DNA from: Bacteroidetes bacterium HGW-Bacteroidetes-4
Lineage (GTDB): Bacteria; Bacteroidota; Bacteroidia; Bacteroidales; SZUA-534
DNA length: 64,000 nucleotides
Direction of reading: 5' to 3'
Assembly (NCBI GenBank): GCA_002840905.1
Contig: PHDD01000004.1
Span: forward strand, 102,921 to 166,920
The notes below the pieces were generated by a model. That model saw only the letters and a list, made by a program, of their open reading frames with translations. It did not search any database and was not told the origin of the DNA. Positions 58,168-64,000 of this stretch are shown in pieces (the stretch's first letter is position 1; every line of letters begins with the position of its first letter). The position numbers and the translations under genes are program-made.

Positions 58168-60990
58168 ATGAAGAAAACGGGACTCCTGCTGCTTCTTGCA
58201 GCCTTTTGCCTTGAGGCTTTCAGCCAGAAACAAGTACTGTCGACCAGCGATTTTGCCGCATGGAAACGTATCGAAAACCGCCAGATATCTGACCGGGGCG
58301 CTTATGTCATGTACGAGCTTAACCCCCAAAAAGGCGACGGAGCACTGATCATCCATCAGGTTAAAAGCGGAACCAACGATACCCTTCCTTTGGCACATCA
58401 GGCCCAGTTTGCCCCAGGCGAAGGTTTTGTTGTACTGAAACTGACTACACCAGCCGACAGCATCCGTAAATTAAAGCTGGCCAAAACAGCCAAAGACAAG
58501 ATGCCTAAGGATTCGCTGGCCATACTTATTTTATCTGACAAAAGCTGGCAAAAATACCCCGACCTTATTTCCTTTCAGTTGCCAAAAGAAAAAGGCAACT
58601 GGATGGCCGCTTTGCTGAAACACCAAGAGCCTAAAAAAGATACCCTTACTGCTCCGGCCGACACCCTGGCACAACCTGAAAAAAATGAGGACAACGCTAA
58701 AAAGAAAAAAAGTCAGAAGAAACCGGCCAAAGACAACAACGATTTATTGCTGATAAACCCGCTTAGCGGACAACAACTGGTATTTAACCGGGTGGAGAGC
58801 TATGTGCTTTCAGACGAGGGAAACCGTCTTGCTTTGGTTTCGAAAATAAACGATACCGCAAAGGTCTTCGCACTGATTACCGTAACTACTGAAACGTTAA
58901 CAACCGATACCCTCATACAGGATTCACTTAGCTTTAAGGCACTCACCTTTGATAAAGCAGGCAGGCAATTAGCCTACCTGGCCAGTGCTGACACCGTAAA
59001 GCAAAAGACCTATGCCCTTTTTCTTTGTGAGCCCGGAAAAACAAGCCCGGCACGCATTGTTGACACGCTGAGCACAGGATTACCCAGGCAATGGGCTCCC
59101 AGCGAAAACGGAACACTGTATTTCTCCGACGATGCCACCAAACTCTACCTGGGGACTGCTCCCCGGCCAAGGGTTCCGCAAAAAGATACCCTACCCGACG
59201 ACGAGAAAGCCAAACTCGATGTATGGAGCTGGATCGACCTCGAGTTGCAACCCATGCAGCTTAAAAACCTCGAAAAAGACCTGAAACAAACCTACCTGGC
59301 CATTTATCGCATTAAGGAAAAGAAACTGCTGCAACTGGCCGACACCCTGATTGAAAACGTGCGTCTGGTTAACCAAAACAATGGAGAATGGGCGCTGGGT
59401 TTCGACAACAAACCTTACGCCCGGGCATCGTCGTGGACCGGTAAGCGCTTGTCGGACGTTTATCTGCTGAACCTGAAAACCGGGGATAAAAAACAGGTAC
59501 TACACGGGCAAAGCCAGGTACATCTGTCGCCAAACGGCAACTATTTGCTTTGGTACAATACAACCGACAGCAGTTATTACAGCCTTAACAACAAAACCGG
59601 TCAACAGGTGTCGCTTACTAAACACCTGCCGGTACTTTTCTGCGACGAGCTGAATGACACCCCCAGCGATCCCTACCCTTATGGCCTTGCCGGCTGGGTT
59701 GCCGACGATGCTTATGTATTGGTGTACGACCGCTTCGATATATGGAAACTCGACCCCGGAGGAAAACAAAGTGCGGTTAACATTACAAACCATTGGGGAC
59801 GAAAAAACAGCACCCAACTCCGCTACCAGAAACTCGACCCCGAAGAGGTATTTATTCCTTTTGAACAGGAAGTAATGCTACAGGGCTTTAACGAAGAAAC
59901 TTACATTGAGGGTTATTATTCAACCCGTTTGAATCAGGCACAGAATCCCAGGGTTTTAATTGAAGGTAACTACATGCTGGGCAGTATCGAAAAAGCCAAA
60001 AAAAGCGATTGGGCCATTTGGTCGACACAGACCGTAAACCAGTACCCTGACATTAAGCTTAGCAAACTCGATTTTAAAGCAGTTACCACCCTTTCACAAG
60101 CCAATCCGCAACAAAAAAAATACAATTGGGCCACGGTAGAACTGGTGCAGTGGAAAAGCTTTGCCAACGATACCTTACGGGGTCTGCTCTACAAACCAGA
60201 GAATTTCGATCCCGAAAAGAAATACCCGATGGTAGTTTATTTCTACGAACGCAGCTCGCAGGACATCAACCGGTATTACATTCCCTCACCCAGCCGTTCC
60301 ATCATCAACAAAACGTTTTATGCCAGCCAGGGTTACCTGGTATTTGTTCCCGACATTGTTTATACTACGGGAGCACCCGGCTCCAATGCCTACGATGCCA
60401 TAGTCAGCGGCACCCAGTACCTGATTAACTGTTTTCCCTATGTGGATGCAAAAAAAATTGGCTTACAGGGACAAAGCTGGGGCGGTTATCAAACGGCCTA
60501 CCTGATTACCCGTACCAATATGTATGCAGCAGCCATGGCGGGTGCTCCGGTCAGTAACATGACCAGCGCTTACGGAGGTATTCGCTGGGGAAGCGGTATG
60601 AGCCGTATGTTCCAGTATGAGCATACGCAAAGCCGTATCGGGGGAACGTTGTGGGAAAAACCCTGGCACTACATCGAGAATTCGCCATTGTTTTATGCGC
60701 CAAAAGTAAATACCCCATTGCTGATGATGCACAACGACAACGACGGAGCCGTTCCCTGGTATCAGGGAATTGAGTTTTTTGTGGCTTTGCGCCGACTCGA
60801 CAAACCCGTTTGGCTGTTGAACTACAACGGTATGGAACATAATATTGAAGCAAAATACTGGGCCAATCGCATGGATTTAAGCACCCGAATGCTCCAGTTT
60901 TTCGACCATTACCTGAAAGGAGCTCCTGCACCCGAATGGATGCTGAAAGGGATTCCGGCCTTGGATAAGGGGCAAAAAACCGGGTATTAA
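58168..60990 (+). CDS. S9-family (prolyl-oligopeptidase-type) serine peptidase with N-terminal beta-propeller region
   Basis: Start taken at ATG 58168 (MKKTGLLLLLAAFCLEAFSQ); the track's 58144 is a TTG. Catalytic elbow GLQGQSWGGY, Asp in MHNDNDGAVPW, His in NGMEHNI. Confidence 0.85.
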   Translation: MKKTGLLLLLAAFCLEAFSQKQVLSTSDFAAWKRIENRQISDRGAYVMYELNPQKGDGALIIHQVKSGTNDTLPLAHQAQFAPGEGFVVLKLTTPADSIRKLKLAKTAKDKMPKDSLAILILSDKSWQKYPDLISFQLPKEKGNWMAALLKHQEPKKDTLTAPADTLAQPEKNEDNAKKKKSQKKPAKDNNDLLLINPLSGQQLVFNRVESYVLSDEGNRLALVSKINDTAKVFALITVTTETLTTDTLIQDSLSFKALTFDKAGRQLAYLASADTVKQKTYALFLCEPGKTSPARIVDTLSTGLPRQWAPSENGTLYFSDDATKLYLGTAPRPRVPQKDTLPDDEKAKLDVWSWIDLELQPMQLKNLEKDLKQTYLAIYRIKEKKLLQLADTLIENVRLVNQNNGEWALGFDNKPYARASSWTGKRLSDVYLLNLKTGDKKQVLHGQSQVHLSPNGNYLLWYNTTDSSYYSLNNKTGQQVSLTKHLPVLFCDELNDTPSDPYPYGLAGWVADDAYVLVYDRFDIWKLDPGGKQSAVNITNHWGRKNSTQLRYQKLDPEEVFIPFEQEVMLQGFNEETYIEGYYSTRLNQAQNPRVLIEGNYMLGSIEKAKKSDWAIWSTQTVNQYPDIKLSKLDFKAVTTLSQANPQQKKYNWATVELVQWKSFANDTLRGLLYKPENFDPEKKYPMVVYFYERSSQDINRYYIPSPSRSIINKTFYASQGYLVFVPDIVYTTGAPGSNAYDAIVSGTQYLINCFPYVDAKKIGLQGQSWGGYQTAYLITRTNMYAAAMAGAPVSNMTSAYGGIRWGSGMSRMFQYEHTQSRIGGTLWEKPWHYIENSPLFYAPKVNTPLLMMHNDNDGAVPWYQGIEFFVALRRLDKPVWLLNYNGMEHNIEAKYWANRMDLSTRMLQFFDHYLKGAPAPEWMLKGIPALDKGQKTGY

Positions 60991-61065
60991 CCGTTAAAAT
61001 GATAATAAATAATACTATAATTTGTAAAGCATACGAATTTAAGATAAAGCACTTAGTTTGTTGCT

Positions 61066-61073
61066 TATATTTG
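61066..61073 (+). promoter_or_regulatory. Candidate -7 promoter box (TAnnTTTG)
   Basis: TATATTTG lies 72 nt upstream of the TTG at 61145 and 132 nt upstream of ATG 61205. Confidence 0.3.
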
Positions 61074-61144
61074 TTACGCTTTAACATTAGAGACCTGCCT
61101 GTTTTCCATACAAAAAACAGACTGTTATTATAAAAAGTAAGGCT

Positions 61145-62602
61145 TTGATTCTAAAACAACTTTGGACACGGCTCTCAAACTTTGGCATCGATCATTCCCT
61201 GAGCATGATTGCTGCCCGTAAAGCAATTCTGACCAACCAGTTGGCATACATCACCTTTATTGTGGTATTTGGCATGAATATCGCGTTCATTTTTATTGAA
61301 AGTGTATCGTTCGATTCCATTGGGTTGGCCAGCTCCCTGATAATTTTAAGCACCCCATTGCTAAATAAACTGGGTTACCATAAAATGGCTGCCTTTTTAT
61401 TTGCTGTGCTTATGCCCATTTCGCTTACCCTGTTCAGCAGTGTGAATAAAACCCTGATGCCACCTCCTTTTCCTCTGGAGGTGTATATTTTTCCGAAAGT
61501 ATTTTTACTTAGTTTTCTTATCATTCCGCTGGTAATTATCGATGCAAAAAGTAAATTGCTCCTGGCACTGGCCATTTTAGTTAATCTGGCTTGTATTTAC
61601 TGGGTCGACAGCCTGAATAAAAGCATGGGTGTGGGTCTCGATTTTTCGAAAGTTTCCTTTGATTCCTTCGATCGTTTGAATTATTTAATCATTTTCCCCA
61701 TAATCCTCCTGATTTCAGGTTTTGCTTTTCTGAATCACATAAACAACAAATCGGAAGAACAAATACTTGCTCAGAATAAGAAACTCGAGAATGCCAACCA
61801 CAAGATAAATAAAATAAACAGCGACCTTACCAACAGCATACATTATGCCGAGCGGATACAAAACGCTTTGTTGCCCGAAAAAGAGCGCTTAAACCAATAC
61901 TTTACCGACAGTTTTGTGTATTACCGACCCCGCGACATTGTGAGTGGTGATTTTTATTTCTTAAAAAAAACAAAAAGCCAGGGAAAAACCTGTCTGGCCT
62001 TGGTATGTGCCGATTGTACCGGACATGGAGTTCCGGGAGGATTTATGAGTATTTTAAGCATGTCGTTGTTGAACGATATTATTCGCGACGAACAGTTTAC
62101 CAGCGCCGCTGACATCTTAAACCAATTGCGCGAGCAAATAAAAGTGGCATTGAACCAAACCGGAAAGCCCGATGAACAGCGCGACGGTATTGACCTTTCG
62201 TTAATCCTTTACTATCCTGACAAAAAACAAATGGAATTTGCCGGAGCCCGAAGACCGGTTTATCTGATAAAAAACAATATACTCCAGGTTTTTAAAGGTG
62301 ATAACATGCCCATTGGCATTTATTTAAACGAACGGCTTTTTACAAATACCACCCATAATTTAGAAGGTGGCGAAATGATTTATATGTTTACCGACGGCAT
62401 CACCGATCAGATAGATTCAAAAGGCAAACGCCTGATGACCACGAATCTGAAAAAATGGCTTCTGCAGGTTAGCAATCAAAATGGCTCAGAACAGCACCGC
62501 TTTCTTGAAAACCAAATGAACCGATGGATGGAAACCGATACCACAAAGCCGGCAGAACAAATTGACGACATGCTTTTAATCGGATTCAGGATACCGGTAT
62601 AA
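61145..62602 (+). CDS. Membrane-anchored PP2C-type (SpoIIE/RsbU family) serine phosphatase
   Basis: About 6-7 N-terminal TM helices, a coiled coil, then the PP2C core (VSGDFYF, CADCTGHGVPG, MFTDGITDQ, DDMLLIGFR). The start is uncertain (TTG 61145 or ATG 61205). Confidence 0.85.
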   Translation: MILKQLWTRLSNFGIDHSLSMIAARKAILTNQLAYITFIVVFGMNIAFIFIESVSFDSIGLASSLIILSTPLLNKLGYHKMAAFLFAVLMPISLTLFSSVNKTLMPPPFPLEVYIFPKVFLLSFLIIPLVIIDAKSKLLLALAILVNLACIYWVDSLNKSMGVGLDFSKVSFDSFDRLNYLIIFPIILLISGFAFLNHINNKSEEQILAQNKKLENANHKINKINSDLTNSIHYAERIQNALLPEKERLNQYFTDSFVYYRPRDIVSGDFYFLKKTKSQGKTCLALVCADCTGHGVPGGFMSILSMSLLNDIIRDEQFTSAADILNQLREQIKVALNQTGKPDEQRDGIDLSLILYYPDKKQMEFAGARRPVYLIKNNILQVFKGDNMPIGIYLNERLFTNTTHNLEGGEMIYMFTDGITDQIDSKGKRLMTTNLKKWLLQVSNQNGSEQHRFLENQMNRWMETDTTKPAEQIDDMLLIGFRIPV

Positions 62603-62695
62603 CCCTTCTTTTTTATAAGAAAATGCCAAATACCTGTCTACTGCGCAAAGGAAATCTCAGCAGGTTTTTTTTCTATTAAAGCAAAGTAAATCCAT

Positions 62696-63880
62696 TTATT
62701 CTACATGAAGCACCAGCCCCTTTAAATACTCACTTTCGGGATGGTAAATGCTGATGGGATGGTCAGCCGGCTGAGTGAGCTGATGCAGGATGCGCACTTT
62801 ACGTCGGGCATTTACACTGGCAGCAAAAACCGACTTGCGGAATTCCTCGCGGCTAACTGCCTGAGAACAACTGAAAGTAAACAGGATGCCACCCGGCTTT
62901 ATCTGTTCCAGTGCTTTCTGGTTAATCTTTTTATAGCCCTGTAAGGCATTGTGCAAGGCTTTCTGATGTTTGGCAAAAGCGGGTGGATCGAGAACAACCA
63001 CATCGTAAGTTTCCTGGGTCTGGTTAAAAAAATCGAAGGCGTCCATTGCAAAACCTTCATGGGGTGCTTCGCTGCCAAAGTTTAGTTCGACATTCTTACG
63101 GGTGAGCTCAATGGCCTGTTTCGATGCATCGACCGAATGGACCAATGTGGCACCTGCTTTTAACGCATAAACCGAAAAACCACCGGTGTAACCAAACACA
63201 TTGCACACTTTTTTGCCTGCTGAATAAGCAGCAAGCAGTTTGCGGTTCTCCCGCTGATCGATAAAAAATCCGGTCTTTTGGCCTTGTTCCCAATCGATGG
63301 AAAAACGGTTGCCGTACTCCAAAACTTCATTTTGATCCGGTTCACCAAGCAGGTATGAGTCGTGGGGGTCTAAACCGGCTTTAAATGGTAAAGTTCCTTC
63401 GCTTTTGTCGTAAACCGCGGTAAGTTTATCGGTTAACAATTGCTTTAACAGCAACGCCAGTTTTTCGCGAAGCAAATACATGCCCACCGAATGGGCTTGC
63501 AGAACTGCTGTTCCATTGTAATAATCGACAATTAAGCCGGGCATATCATCGCCTTCGCCATGAACCAGCCGAAAAACATTTAAGTCCGGATTATTAAAAT
63601 ATCCTAATTGCTGACGGAAGTGAATGGCTGCTTTTAATTTATTTTTCCAGAAAATATCGTCGATGCGAACTTTTTCGAAACTAAATATACGAACGGCTAT
63701 GGAACCTACCTGAAAATGCCCTAAGGCCAGGAATTCGTTTTTGTTGTCGAGCACTTCCACCACATCGCCTTCGGCAGGCTTCCGGCTCATTTCTTTAATG
63801 GCTCCCGAAAAAACCCAGGGATGTAACCTGCGGATGGATTGTTCCTTACCCGATTTTAAAATCACTTGAATCAGTTCCAT
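62696..63880 (-). CDS. rlmI: 23S rRNA m5C methyltransferase RlmI-type (PUA + class I SAM-dependent MTase)
   Basis: 394 aa. N-terminal PUA-like region (HPWVFSGAI), SAM motif NVFGYTGGFSVYA, catalytic VVLDPPAFA and FSCS. Confidence 0.8.
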   Translation of the reverse strand: MELIQVILKSGKEQSIRRLHPWVFSGAIKEMSRKPAEGDVVEVLDNKNEFLALGHFQVGSIAVRIFSFEKVRIDDIFWKNKLKAAIHFRQQLGYFNNPDLNVFRLVHGEGDDMPGLIVDYYNGTAVLQAHSVGMYLLREKLALLLKQLLTDKLTAVYDKSEGTLPFKAGLDPHDSYLLGEPDQNEVLEYGNRFSIDWEQGQKTGFFIDQRENRKLLAAYSAGKKVCNVFGYTGGFSVYALKAGATLVHSVDASKQAIELTRKNVELNFGSEAPHEGFAMDAFDFFNQTQETYDVVVLDPPAFAKHQKALHNALQGYKKINQKALEQIKPGGILFTFSCSQAVSREEFRKSVFAASVNARRKVRILHQLTQPADHPISIYHPESEYLKGLVLHVE

Positions 63881-63915
63881 GTGTTTACTGTGTAAAGCCG
63901 TTTAGTTTTGTGTGG

Positions 63916-64000
63916 TTACGATGCTTGTTCAATCTCGAGCAGACGGTTGTAAATTTCGAGTGAAACCCAGGCATCGGTGGCTGCATACTTAAGCTGCGCT
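63916..64000 (-). CDS. C-terminal end of a DEDDy-type 3'-5' exonuclease domain protein (partial)
   Basis: Minus-strand translation from 63999 gives AQLKYAATDAWVSLEIYNRLLEIEQAS* with the stop at 63916-63918. YAAxDA is the ExoIII motif of RNase D/WRN-like exonucleases. Confidence 0.55.
   Translation of the reverse strand, partial: AQLKYAATDAWVSLEIYNRLLEIEQAS

Noticed and set aside
1-64000. Searched the whole window for CRISPR arrays, tRNA/rRNA genes, transposases, integrases, phage genes, toxin-antitoxin pairs and restriction-modification or other defence genes.
   Set aside because: I saw no spaced direct-repeat array, no cloverleaf-like or rRNA-like sequence in any intergenic gap, and no ORF with nuclease, helicase, recombinase or DNA-methylase motifs. 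The only methyltransferase is RlmI-type. The only large ATPase is housekeeping FtsK.

Overview
This 64-kb chromosomal segment looks like Bacteroidota, probably an anaerobic or facultative Bacteroidia-type organism. That assignment is an inference from several features: a SusC/SusD pair, TAnnTTTG-type -7 promoter boxes, many lipoproteins, a Na+-pumping methylmalonyl-CoA decarboxylase operon, rubrerythrin and carbamate kinase. I call 44 complete CDS plus 2 partial CDS at the window edges. Coding density is high.

Content in order:
- An uncharacterised outer-membrane barrel / alpha-beta-hydrolase operon.
- An esterase + GH43 pair.
- A DUF2231 + lipoprotein-rubrerythrin pair.
- A decayed ~0.9-kb region holding a gene remnant.
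- A transglutaminase-like protein.
- A TonB-dependent receptor + lipoprotein + OmpR/HK block.
- A PiT phosphate transporter.
- An LtaS-family + diacylglycerol-kinase operon.
- The complete mce-mmdADCB operon.
- A periplasmic GH3/beta-lactamase-fold fusion behind a pseudo-receiver-PAS-adenylyl cyclase.
- A SusC/SusD locus with two unknown lipoproteins.
- Fused FTCD + hutI.
- A three-gene hybrid-kinase phosphorelay cluster.
- lolA-like/ftsK.
- arcC + ornithine carbamoyltransferase.
- A 41%-lysine mini-protein.
- A DUF4139-like protein, an S9 peptidase, a SpoIIE/PP2C phosphatase and rlmI.

I found no rRNA, tRNA, CRISPR array, transposase, integrase, phage gene or recognisable defence gene. I cannot point to one unambiguous novel system. 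The best candidates for undescribed biology are:
- the exported rubrerythrin/DUF2231 module;
- the TBDR/beta-helix-like lipoprotein module with its two-component pair;
- the degenerate-receiver cyclase co-transcribed with the GH3/beta-lactamase fusion;
- the ~170-aa N-terminal extension on the decarboxylase beta subunit;
- the CAZyme-less SusCD locus;
- the GC-richer 53.5-61 kb block with the lysine-rich protein and the DUF4139 protein carrying a SusC-like N-terminal module.

All family calls come from motifs read by eye. No database search was run.
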